From positions 1,262,666 to 1,326,665 of the forward strand of contig NW_003314316.1 of NCBI RefSeq assembly GCF_000143415.4: a DNA stretch of 64,000 nucleotides, in the 5' to 3' direction. Position numbers and translations under genes: made by a program. This DNA comes from Selaginella moellendorffii (Eukaryota > Plantae > Lycopodiophyta). The notes beneath the pieces are model-generated. The model had not been told where the DNA came from and ran no database searches. It saw only the letters and a program-made list of their open reading frames with translations. Shown in pieces: positions 37,226 to 48,765 of the stretch; within the stretch, counting starts at the first letter, position 1, and each line of letters opens with the position of its first letter.

Positions 37226-40200
37226 TGTAGCGCATGTGATCATGGGATGAGATTTGGATATACTGTCACCGTGAATCCTTGGAACCTTAGGGGATAAATA
37301 GGGATAAAATAGCCACTAAGGGCTCTCTTATCAAGCAATTGCCCCTTTTTCAGTTGGCTTAAGGGGAGAGAGATAAAGTGCACTATAGTTGGTATCGGAG
37401 CAAATGGCATGGGTTTGATTCCCATTGATTAGTGGCTACTTAAAAATATAATATACCCTTAAGTAAGGTATATTCCTACCCGTAAATTTGAAATCGTACG
37501 TATTAGGCATCCATGCGTACATCCTTCCTTTTGTGTGGAGTATCTACGGACGAAAGTATCCACTATGGGACTGCGGTACGGGTGTGTTAGGCGCCACCTT
37601 TGACTACGTGGTCAACGTCGGTCAAAGGGAGGCTCAAGGGTATATTAAGGCATGTTAGGGTAAGGGACTTAACCTACCCTAGGGCTCACAGTGGAGTGGC
37701 GGCGTAGTGGAGCTTTTGAGGTAGCTCGGGGGTGGTTGGTGGTGAGGAACCTCAAGAGGTGGCGTAGCATAGTCTAGGGCAACTAGATCTTTGTCTTTTT
37801 GCGCCGGATCATAACATTGGTATCAGAGGATTGGTTGTGATGGCCGACCAAGCTGAACGCTGGAATCCTATTGTCGATGGTGGTGCCGACGATGGTGCCG
37901 ACGAAACTGCAGAGATTTGGAGCATTCAAGATGTGGTTCATGAGCTGCGAGCCCTTAATCGAAATCAGCAAGAGATGCAAGACGAGATGCATGGCATGAT
38001 GGATACCATGCGTGGGCGTGTTGAGGCACTCGAGGCTGGACGGGGTAGCACTCCAAGTAAGCCTTCTTTGGTAGATCGACTCAAGATTCCAACCTTTTTC
38101 GGTGATGGTGGTGTGGACAAGTGTTTCGCTTGGCTAGCCAATGTGAAGAAGTTCTTGGCTGCTAGAGGAACTCTAAATGCAAAGGCTTTAGTGGCTATTC
38201 CAATGGTTTTGCGTGATGCGGGTCTTCGATGGTGGAATTGGCTTGAGGAGTCCCGTGTTGCAAATAAGAAACCACCAGTGTCTACCATGGATGAGTTTGA
38301 GGTTGCTTTTCATTTACGTTTTCCCCCTCATTACAACATGGAGAATGCTCGTATAGAACTTTGACATTTCCAGCAAGGGAAAATGACACTCGGGGACTAT
38401 ATTGAGAAGCTTACTTGCTTGATTAATTGTGTTCCAACGAAGGATCCAGATCAGAAAAAGTCCTACTTCATTGATGGCCTATATAGTGAGAACATGCGGT
38501 AACACTTGCATCATTTTCAGCCTACAAAGAGTTTGGAGGAGCTCTTTGATGCGGCTCGTCGACTTGACAATGACAAGCACAAGTCTCACAAGCGTTCGCG
38601 GAGTCCTTCTGTCGAGAATCATCGTAATGATCGCCGTGGACACAAGGATAAAATGCCGATGCCACGTGTGGATGATATCCTGGACAAGCTTGGTGAAGCA
38701 CAAGTGTTTACCAAGATTGATCTGAGGAGTGGATATCATCAGATTGCAATGGATGATGCATCTATCTCCAAGACAGCATTCAACACAAGTTTCGGACATT
38801 TTGAGTTTACAGTTATGCCGTTTGGCTTGACGAATGCACCAGCCACATTTACTCTGTTGATGACGGAGGTATTTGGGTGTTATCTTCATGAGTTTGTGGA
38901 GATTTTCTTGGACAATATTCTTGTTTTTAGCAAAAATATGGAGGAGCATAGGGTGCATTTGCGCAAGGTTCTTTTGTTACTTCGCGACAGCAAACTTTAT
39001 GCGAAGAAGAGCAAATGTGAATTTGCAAAGTCGAAGGTGGAATATCTAGGCCATATTGTGACATCTAAGAGTGTCAAGACGGATCCAAGGAAGATGGCTG
39101 TGGTGGAAAACTGGCCTACACTGACTACAGTGGCTGAGTTGCGCAGTTTTCTTGGTATGGCTAGTTACTACCGACGTTTCCAGCATAAGTTTGCAGAGGT
39201 GGCTATTCCTTTGACGCGGTTGTTACGCAAGAATGTGCCATTCGAGTGGAAGAAGCCACAAGACGAGAGTTTTGTGGCGCTGAAACGATTGTTGAGCGAG
39301 ACTCCAGTGCTTCGCATTGCTGATCCATCGAAACCTTACGAGGTGACATGCGATGCGAGTGGTTATGCACTGGGAGGAGTTCTCATGCAAGAGGGACAGC
39401 CTATTGCATATGAGAGTCGAACTTTGAATTTCGCGGAGCAACGCTATTCCACATATGAGCAAGAGTTACTCTCTATTGTTCATGTTTTGCGGACGTGGCT
39501 GCACTATCTTTATGGGGCAGTGTTCGTGGTGTTGACAGATCACAAACCAGTTGTGTATCTTTTCACACAGAAGGAGTTGAACACTAGGCAAGCTCGTTGG
39601 ATGGTCAAACTCATGGAGTTTGGGGAGTTTCCTATTGAGCATCGTCCGGGAAAATCAAATGTGGTGGCGGATGCTTTATCTCGTGTTCGTCATGTGACAA
39701 CATTATGAACACGATTTTATCATCATTTGAGTAAGGTGGTCAGCGAGTTTGGGCAATTGGTTGAGCATGCTCAGGCTCAGGATGCTGCGGTGGCCTCTTT
39801 GCGAGCCTAGATGGAAGCCCCTTTCTCATTGGTGGATGGGATTCTCTACTACAATGGCCGTGCATATTTGCCACAGGTGGATGCATTAATTACTCAAGTT
39901 TTATTCCACTATCATGATCGTCCAGAGGCCGGTCATTTTGGGGGGAAGAAGACGTATGAGTTGATTAAACGCAACTTTTATTGGAGGAATATAAAGGCTA
40001 ATATCCTCAAGTATTGTAAATCATGCGAGCTTTGTCAGTGGGTTAAGGTGCCACAGGAGAAGCCGGGGGGACTTTTGCAACCTTTACCTATTCCTCAGAG
40101 CCATTGGTGTAGTATCTCTATGGACTTCATCACTTGTTTGCCACGAACACAGAGGCAAAAGGAGCAAGTATGGGTAATAGTGGATCGGTTGACGAAGTAT

Positions 40201-41460
40201 GTGCGGTTGTTGGCTCTTCAGAAGACTGTCACTGCCTCAGACTTGGCTGCGGTTTACTTGGAGAAGGTTTTTCCTGATTTTGGTTTGCCGGAAGACATCA
40301 TTAGTGATCGAGATTCAAAGTTCACCAGTGAATTTTGGAAAAGCTTTGCAAAGGCTATGCAAGTGACTTTGAAACTCTCGAGTGGAGATCATCCTCAGAC
40401 GGATGGGCAAACTGAGCGTGTGAATCAGGTGGTGGAGGATATGCTACATTGTAGCATTGGTCAAAGGCAAGGACAGTGGGATCTATATCTTCCATTAGTG
40501 CAATTTTCTTACAACAATAGCCAACACAGTGGAACCAAGCTAAATCCTTACTTTGCCATGTTTGGAAGGCATCTTCGAACAACGGTGGAGTTGGGATTGC
40601 ATTTGAGTAAGGACGTTCAACTTAAGCTTGATTCCGAGGCAACTGATCTGGCCACAGAACTTGATGAGATTCTGGTGGTGTGCAAACGGAATTTACAAGT
40701 AGCTCAGGACAGAGCGGAGAAGTTTGCCAATGAGCATTGCCAATTCCAGGAATATAAGGTGGGTGATCTCGTTTTTGTGCGAGTGATCTTTTCGTCAAGT
40801 GAGCGACAGAACACCTTGGTGCCTTTACGGACAGGGAAAAGTGATAAACTCTCCCATCGATATGCTGGTCCATATGAAGTGCTGGAGCGCATTGGTAAAG
40901 CGGCTTATCAGGTGTGGCTGCCAACTAGGGTGAAAATTCATCCGGTATTTTATGTCAGCCAGTTGAAAAGTGTACTATCTCATAGTGACGGGCATAATGC
41001 CTCCTTGATGTATACAGCTGTGGAAGATGGACCAGGAGCTTGAGCAGGATTCCCCAGAAAGGGTGATCAGCGGTACAACTTGTCCTTGGGACAAGGACGT
41101 TGTTGGGGGGGAAGAATTGTTAGGCGCCAGCTTTGACTACGTGGTCAACTTCGGTCAAAAGGAGGCTCAAGGGTATATTAAGGCATGTTAGGGTAAGGGA
41201 TTTAACCTACCCTAGGGCTCACAGTGGAGCGGCGGTGCAGTGGAGCTTTTGAGGTAGCTCGGGGGTGGTTGGGTAGTGAGGAATCTCAAGAGGTGGCATA
41301 GGGCAACTAGATCTTTGTCTTTTTGCGCCGGATCATAACAGGGTGGATGATTAATTACTTCACATGGAATAATTGGTTTACACAATGGAAGGATTGGTAA
41401 ATTCAGTGCGGAAATGGAGGTGCTGGTTCCCCTTGGCTCAGTAGGGGTTGTAGTCAATAG
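37226..41460 (+). mobile_element. Truncated LTR-element remnant (LTR + iMet PBS + leader), split by Gypsy G2
   Basis: Starts tgtag at 37226, PBS tggtatcggagc 37390-37401, resumes after the G2 TSD at 41346. Absent from duplication unit A. Confidence 0.6.
37585..41340 (+). mobile_element. Ty3/Gypsy LTR retrotransposon (element G2, same family as G1) with internal deletion of zinc knuckle/protease/RT N-terminus
   Basis: LTRs 37585-37816 and 41118-41340, TSD GGGTG, PBS 37818. Gag 37831-38364, RT/RNase H 38506-39708 (FLDNIL), integrase 39811-41043 (H-H-C-C, SMDFIT, HPQTDGQTER). Confidence 0.95.
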
Positions 41461-41714
41461 TCAATAAGGACAAGTTTGGCATCATTCATTCATTCTCCAA
41501 AAAAGCTTAATCTGATCTATCTTTGGAAAGGATAAAAATTAAATGTTTCAATTTTGAAACCAATGCCAAGATTCTGGAATGCCTTAAGCACTACTAGGTT
41601 TTTATTGACAAAATAAAAAAAGGAAGAGACATAACTAACAGCCATGGTGATAAAGCCTGTTGGAGAAGTAATCTATAAATCCAATAATTTGATCGCTCAA
41701 CTAATCAAACCTTT

Positions 41715-42141
41715 ACTAACATCAACCTCTAACAACCTCTACTGAGCTAGAATTTACCAATCCTTCCATTATGTAAACCAATTATTCTATATGAAACAAT
41801 TAATTATCCACCTGTGTTGCATGTGGATCAATCTTTCATCCATAGATGCTTTATAAAAGGAAGAATATAGATATCCAATACTTACAATTTCAAATTTAAG
41901 GGTAGGAATATATATTGCTCAAGGGTATGTTATATTTTAAGTAGCAACTAATGAATGGGAATCAAATTTGTGTCATTTGCTTCGATACCACAATCTCTCT
42001 CCCCTTAAACTAACTGAAAAAGAAACAATTACTTGATGAGAGAGTCTTTAATGGTTATTTTGTCCCCATTTATTCTCTAAGGTTCCAAGAATTTATAATG
42101 ACCATATATTCAAATATCATCCTATAATCATATGTAGTACA
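41715..42141 (-). mobile_element. Second, inverted copy of the LTR/PBS remnant of 37226-41460 (a further partial copy lies at about 61230-61475)
   Basis: Reverse complement aligns with 37226-37584 + 41346-41450; PBS seen as gcttcgatacca at 41979-41990. Confidence 0.65.
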
Positions 42142-42188
42142 ATATATATTTACTATTTTAAATCTTTGTGACACTCAATTAAATCTAG

Positions 42189-42204
42189 ACACACACACAC
42201 ACAC

Positions 42205-42239
<35 letters not shown>
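42189..42239. repeat. Compound (AC)n(AT)n microsatellite
   Basis: acacacac...atatatat run. Confidence 0.9.
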
Positions 42240-42240
<1 letters not shown>

Positions 42241-43270
42241 GAGTTATTACCCAACACCATCACAAGCCATCTCCACTCTTGATGCAAACTTATTTTGGAA
42301 TAATATCAAAACAAAAAAAAATTGAATTCCACTTTGAAAGAAGAATTGAGGAAATAATTATAAAGATGTGCTTCCTCAAAGGAAATTATCAAATTCGTTA
42401 AGGGAATTATCAGATCCAAGTGACATAGTAGTGAGTATCCACAGCAAAAAGTTCAATATCAATACCAGTCAACACTTTACATGTGATATGTGTCATAACA
42501 CCTTTTCTCACCCTACCTCCCATTGGCTGAGAGTGTAAGACGTGGTTAACAAAATAACCCTTTGACAATTACCCCCCATTGGACGGCAGGATGGCTGCCA
42601 TAGGCTGGATCCAGTGGCCCAGAAAATTTGGCAACTCTTTATTTTTATAAATTTCCTATAGATTTGGCATCAACTCATATAACATTGACAGCTTGTTGCT
42701 TGGACGACAATTATTAGTTGGGAAATGGTACAATCCTCAAGGTGTCTTCAGATACAAAAACGAAGATCCTTTATATTTCCAAAGGCCTACCAGATTCAGT
42801 CCGACTGCACTTGCGTCCTGTTTCTCCAGGATGACAAGAACGGGATAACTGGAGGTGAGTGCTGATCCATTTCCAGTCTCTCATGTGAGCCTCCCACTAC
42901 TGTCATCAAGGGCCTGAAACATACACGAATTTTCTTGTCTGATTAAAGTATGATTCCCATGCCTTAGGGCGGGGTTCCATGCTCCACCCTGGGGGGAAAA
43001 TTTCCAGGGGGGGGAAATAAAACCCTGGGTTCCATGCCCCCCCTGGTGACATGGCACCAAAAATGGGGGGGAAGGGGGGAACCCGGTGTCCCCTCCGTAA
43101 ATTTCTCCCAGAGCCTGGAACCCGGTAAAATACACAAATAAAATAATGCCATGTGGCTAAATTGCCACATCATCTAAAAATTTGGCCTGCCCTAATTTTG
43201 TGAGCATGCGAGTTCTTGGAGGGTTTTGGGGGGGATTTTTGCAGTGATTTGAGAAGGAAGTTTGTAAAAA

Positions 43271-44078
43271 ATGGAGAATTGCTCACCCTCACCTCATCCA
43301 TGGTTGCAATTTGGCTCTTATTCTAGTTCATCAATAGCTCAAACTCATGTAAGTATGAAATTTTGTAATTCTAGAATTTTGCTTATTTTTCTTAATGTCC
43401 AGGGAGGAGAGGGCTCTTCTTTTAGTGCTAGCATGGGATCTATGCCAAATGCAGCTATGATCCAGGTACTTTTCATTTTCTCTTTGGTTTTTTTCTTTTG
43501 TTTAATAATGGTTTTTAGCCTGGCATTCCTACATTCAACCCGATAATTGGATTTGTTCCAAGTATCCCTACAATGCAAGCTAACTTCAATTCATCGAGCC
43601 AGGTATTTTTTTCCAATTGTTTTCCTACTTTGTGTTGAATGCATTTTTGCAATAGCAAGGATTTCATGGTGGGGGAATTGGAAATTCCTCTTTCACAACT
43701 TTATTATCACTACCTCCTCCAGGAACTAGCTCTTTTGATGGAGCAACAAGTATTCCAGAGGTACAATAAATATTATTTATGTTTATTTTTTGATTTCACA
43801 ACTTGTTTTCCCAGAATGAACCAACTTTGAATGATGAACAAAAAGGAAAATGGTCTACTGATGAAAATATGGCTCTTCAATATGCAAAGAGGATGGAAAA
43901 AGAGAAGGATCGAGAAGGCGGTGGCCGTAGAAAATCGATGAAAGGACCAGAGAAGTGGCAACACATTTCCGGCATCTTACGTTCACAGGGATTTCATCAC
44001 ACACAAATGCAATGTGAGTCACAATGGGATGAGCTTGTGGATGACCGGTATAAGAACCCTAGCCTGCATCATGGTTAA
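43271..44078 (+). CDS. Harbinger Myb/SANT (trihelix-like) DNA-binding protein, spliced, probably decayed
   Basis: Last exon KWSTDENMALQYAK...EKWQHISGILRSQGFHHTQMQCESQWDEL shows Trp spacing of Myb/SANT. Upstream exon structure is uncertain. Confidence 0.65.
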
Positions 44079-45309
44079 ATTTGTCGGGGTCAAAATCTTC
44101 CATGAACCTATCATTCCGTGTGATCATTAAGTTATGTAGCACACAATAAGCCATGATGTTATTTGCAAGGATGCCTGGATGACCTCCGAATCCTTTTCGA
44201 GCTAGCAATTTCCATTGCCTCTTTAAAATTCCAAAAGATCACTTGACAACAATCCTCGTAGAAGAATGAAGGAAGTTGTACTGCTCTTTGCTATGAAACC
44301 TGTTTGGATATGAGACCAACACCGGTAAAGCACAGTAATATCCTCCATCTGCAATGATATATTGTGGAATGTCCCCAAACTCTGTGTGGTATACTGGACC
44401 ACATAAACGCTTCTTCTCAATCCAAGCCTTCTTCAAACCACTAGAATTCCAAACTCGTCTATCTGGAACACTACCTGCTATCCCTATTGTTATGTCAAGG
44501 AATGAAGTCTTACTGTCTACCACGGCTTGAACTACCATCGAGTAGTACTTTTTTGCCCCAGCATACCAATCCGTTGCATCCTCTGATCCTGGGAGCTCGA
44601 TTGCAATGTGAGTGCAATCCATTGCACCACAACAATTTGGAAATCCACGCAATCTCTGAAATCCAGTTATAACTTCTTTCATTCCCTCCTCATCCGGCCA
44701 ATGGATCATTAGTCCTTCATGCTCAAGCAATGCATACCTGAAACGGCATAGACAAGCTTGGGCAATGCATGAAGCCACTCCAAATGCATCACCAATTGTT
44801 CGCCACATATCCCCGGATGCCAAACGTTTCAAAGCAATAGCTACTTGCTTTGAAATAGGCAAGTGCCGCCTTGGTATTTCTGCCAAACCTGGAGGAGGCC
44901 TCCTAACCAATTTTGGAGCAAGCTCATCACAAAGAAAAGTGAATATAGATACCGAAACCCGAAAAACTTCTCTGAATCTTTGTGGATCTATATGAAGAAC
45001 CTCAAGTTCTGTTTGATACCACCAGTGTAGACTTCTCGGCTTGATGTAGTACACACTGATTGATAGCCCTAGGAGCTCCTTTTTAGTGATCACTCTCTCA
45101 ACAAATGAAGATGTAGCAGGACATGGCATAGAAAGAACTATAGCAATCGCTTCCTCCACCATTCGAATGAACAAGAGTTTTCTTAAAACCAGAACTAAAA
45201 TCATATCTTCCTCCTCCAGAAAGAACAACTCTACCAAATTTAAGTACCTCATCACAATCCCTACAGCATGGGAAATGATCGCCAAGGAAAAATCAGTGAG
45301 CCGTGGCAT
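44059..45309 (-). pseudogene. Harbinger (HARBI1-like) DDE transposase with premature stop
   Basis: FREVFRVS...QVAIALKRLASG...GFPNCCGAMDCTHI...GSVPDRRVW...IIADGGY...YNFLHSSTRIVVK*SFGILKRQW. The consensus VERAFG is mutated to K + TGA; the frame continues to CVLHN and a TAG at 44061-44059. Confidence 0.85.
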
Positions 45310-45594
45310 GGTGTGTGCTCAATTTAGGGTAAACAAAATTGGCACCCTAATCCTTTATGACGTGGCAAAAAAAACGCTGATGTGTAAACTTACGTGGCAT
45401 ATAAAGAAGAGGGTTACATGTAACCATTAAAAAAATGGGGAGGGGAGTTTTTTTTGGAGGGGGGGAGAAATTTCCAGGTGGGTGGAGCATGGAACCCTGC
45501 CCTTAGGACTTAGAATTATTCAAAAAGAAAAGTCCACGGTAGACTTTTCCCACGCTATACCTTTTACAAGAATGGTGCGGCGCTGGTAACGGGC

Positions 45595-47691
45595 ATGGCA
45601 GCAGCGACTTTGCTCAAGGCGATTCGAATTGCGGACAAGGTTGGCACAATATCCACTTCCAGCAAGGTCTGTAGAAACCAACGTAGGATCCTCATTGCGG
45701 CGGTCGGCTATGTCCGAGACTACCTCAAGCAAATCCAGGATCTCAACTTCGCGAGCAACGGGCCAGCCTTCGTGTGGGACGAAACCGTGGCTGTCCTTAA
45801 CAGAGGCCTCCATCTCCTCAAGTCGTGCCAAGAAGGCAATTGGATCGCGCGGAGCCTGCTGTTCAAGGAAAGCTGCGATGAGTTCCAGAGCATTTATCCC
45901 GAGATCTACAACTGTGTCGAGCTCGTCAGCGTCTATCTCCTTCAGCTGGCACCGTCCACCTCGCACAGATCCAGGATTACCGAGGCTTACAACTCGTGCC
46001 TCATGAGGCAGAACTCGAGCAGCATGCTGGAAGAAGCCGAAAGGAACGATCGGAAGGAGCTCATGACTCTCGCAATGAGCCACGAGCCCGGGAAGCCTGA
46101 CGACCGAGAGCGAAACAGCCAAAGAGATACTTTGCTCCATGCTCCTGGGAAACAAGTCAGTGATTAACCACAAGGAACTCAAGCTGACAACACACCTGGG
46201 ACAAGGAGGTTTCGGAACCGTGTATGAAGCAATCTGGCTCGGTCACAAGTTTGCAGTGAAAGTCTTCCCTCAAGGTGACAAGAGCTTCGCCAAAGAGCTC
46301 GCGGTTCTCGAAGCGGACAAGCATCCCAACGTGTTGCACATCGCCGGCCAGTCTTTAGATGAAGAGAAGCAGCGGTACTCGCTGGTGATGGAGAAGATGG
46401 ACATGGACCTGGCAAACTACGTCCTCAAGAAGAAGAAATCTCTCCCGTTGCTGTCGATCGTGGCAGTGATGCTCCAAGTTGCTACTGGCATGACGTGGCT
46501 TCACTCGAAGAATATAATCCACCGGGACCTCAAGCCGCAGAACATCTTGGTTGGCGAAGAAGACAACGATCTCGTGAGTATCAGGATTGCCGACTTTGGA
46601 GTCTCGAGGCCCGATTTCATCTCCTCCCTCATCAGCAAAGCCACCGCCAAGCAAGGCACCAGAAACTTCATGGCACCAGAAGTGTGGACCAGCGAGCGCT
46701 ACACGAAGAAGGCCGACGTTTACAGCTACGGGATGCTGAGCTACCAGCTTGTCACTGGAAACATTCCGTTCAAGGTCGGGATGGACATGGAGCAAGTCCT
46801 TCGAGGCGAGCGTCCTGAGATACCAGCCACCTGTCCAGAGTTCCTGTCGCAGCTCATGCGGGAATGCTGGAGCCACGATGCAAAAGAGAGGCCTTCCTTC
46901 TCGGATATCTGCGAGCGGCTGAAGCAGCTCAAGACCAGGATCATCACTGGCACTGACTCCATCGATGAGTTACGAGCCAAGTTGGTTGCAGCAGCCAGGT
47001 CATCTTCCTCTTCTTCGTACTCGTCGTCTTCCTCATCCTCGTCGCACATCATGAACCTGGATTCTCCTGTCCAAGCACCTGAAGGGCTTTGGACCCAAAA
47101 TCCTCCATCTCCCGTTGTCCAGGTAAACTCTTTTGCTTTATGTAACTTCTGGAGCTCACCACCTTTGGTTTCAGCCGGTACCACACCGTCCTCACCAAGT
47201 CGCACCACCAGATCAAAGGACCGAGCCCTTCGAACTGGTAAAGTACAGCCTCTTCATAAACGCCTTCGAGAAAGCTCTGTCCCTGAACGATCCTTCCACG
47301 GTCTGGTGGCTTTGCACCAAGGTAATCCATTCACGTCCTCCAGCTGCTCATCAAAGCTTTGTCAGCTCAGGTGGAGCAAAGCGTCGTGCTCCTCTTCAGT
47401 GACTCAATGCTCATGGAAGTGGCCGAGCAAATCAACACCAACTTCAAGGAAGACACTGCTCGCAGGTTGCTCTGGTTCGCCGAGATCCTGTTCATCTTGC
47501 TGTACGTCAACGTCAATGGACAGACATCACCTCGGATGCAGAGGATCTTGGAGGAGCTTTCACAGAACCTCCACGGCATGATGGCTATAACACCGTCAAA
47601 GAGCGAGCTGGGGATGGAGCTGGCGAACGTGCTGAAAAGAACCAACGTGGGTCTTCGGGTTCGTATGAAGCTCTTCGTGTTATTCGTTTGA
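45595..47691 (+). pseudogene. HeLo-like/kinase/EDC4-C fusion gene, copy 2 (+1 frameshift at about 46087-46089 between NTD and kinase; exons end 47122, 47175-47321, 47371-47691)
   Basis: gagCCCgggaag versus gagCCgggaag in the other copies. NTD ORF 45595-46167, kinase ORF from 46139, splice sites intact. Confidence 0.85.
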
Positions 47692-47955
47692 TTCAAATCG
47701 TTTGTCGTCGCAGCGTATCCGATATGGGAACAAACTTCAGAAGAAAGGGAAAAGAAAACTGTGAAATAAAAAAGCTGCGGAACACCGGTAGTTTCTGAGT
47801 ATTGAGATGTTCTAATTTTCTGCCTGCCAAAAGTATCAACCATGCTTCACGAAAGAACCATAAAGAACTTACCAATTCCCATTCGTAACTTCGTCTCATC
47901 CTGCCGGGATAAACGTGAAGGAAACTTACGAGATAAATATCAAAGCACAAAGGTC

Positions 47956-48504
47956 TCACCATTCTTTAGTTCTTAAACTCGAGTAGACGGTGAAGATCCC
48001 AACCTTTTCGATCTGGCAGCAGAGCCTTGGCAGCTTCCGCCGCAGCGCAGACACCAGTAGTTCTCGTAGGATCATCGCTCTCCGCTCAAAGAACGATTTT
48101 GCCGCTTTCAACTTCTCGGGATCCCCATACTTGTATGGCTTGTAGACGATCCCGGCAGCTAGCCGTTGCTTCTTGAGCTTGGCTGGACGAACGTACGCAT
48201 CGCCCAGTCTCTTCAAGCGCTTCTGGATCACTCTCCTCCGGTACACTTGCGGCTCGGGGATCTTGGGATCGGCGAGCGGCAGGCGATCCGGAGGTGGCAC
48301 AGCAACCCACCTGAAAATCCGATCGTTCGCGTCACCGCCTCCCGCTTTGTTGCGCTTGGCCGGATTCTTGGAGCCGGCGCCCTCGCCGTGCAAGCACTGC
48401 GTGTGGACGAGGAATTTGCTCCGGAATTTGAGCAAGCGCCTGCTCTTGATCCCTTCCTTCGCGTGAGATTGCGCGATCCAATCGGGCCATCGGCAGATCC
48501 TTGG
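47956..48504 (-). pseudogene. Basic protein gene convergent with kinase copy 2, 5' end interrupted by Copia insertion (mL80-like N-terminus, tentative)
   Basis: Open frame KEGIKSRRLLKFRSKFLVHTQCLHGEG...IFRWVAVPPPDRLPLADPKIPEPQVYRRRVIQKRLKRLGDAY...; the 5' remainder lies at about 60951-60985. Confidence 0.45.
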
Positions 48505-48765
48505 CCTGTGCCACGTGGCTAGTCCACGTGGAGAGACACGAGTTCATTATGCCATGACGGATCTTGAGCGTTTCACCTTTCGTTAGATGGTATCGGAGCA
48601 ATGCCTGGGAGAGCGAGAAGAATTCGAAACCGTAGGATCAGGGCGACACTTGCTAGGGTGAATCGGAGCCTCCGTCTACGTAGACAGGGGCGTGGCCTAA
48701 TCCTAGCGCTCCAGGCCTTGCAAGAGGCACTGGACAACTAAGAACCTGGACCTAGACTTGAACGA

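Larger units (their letters stand above)
42967..45502. mobile_element. PIF/Harbinger DNA transposon
   Basis: 23-bp TIRs GGGC(G/A)GGGTTCCATGCTCCACCC, TTA target-site duplication (42964-66, 45503-05), empty site gccTTAggac at 26179. Encodes convergent Myb/SANT and DDE transposase ORFs. Confidence 0.95.
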
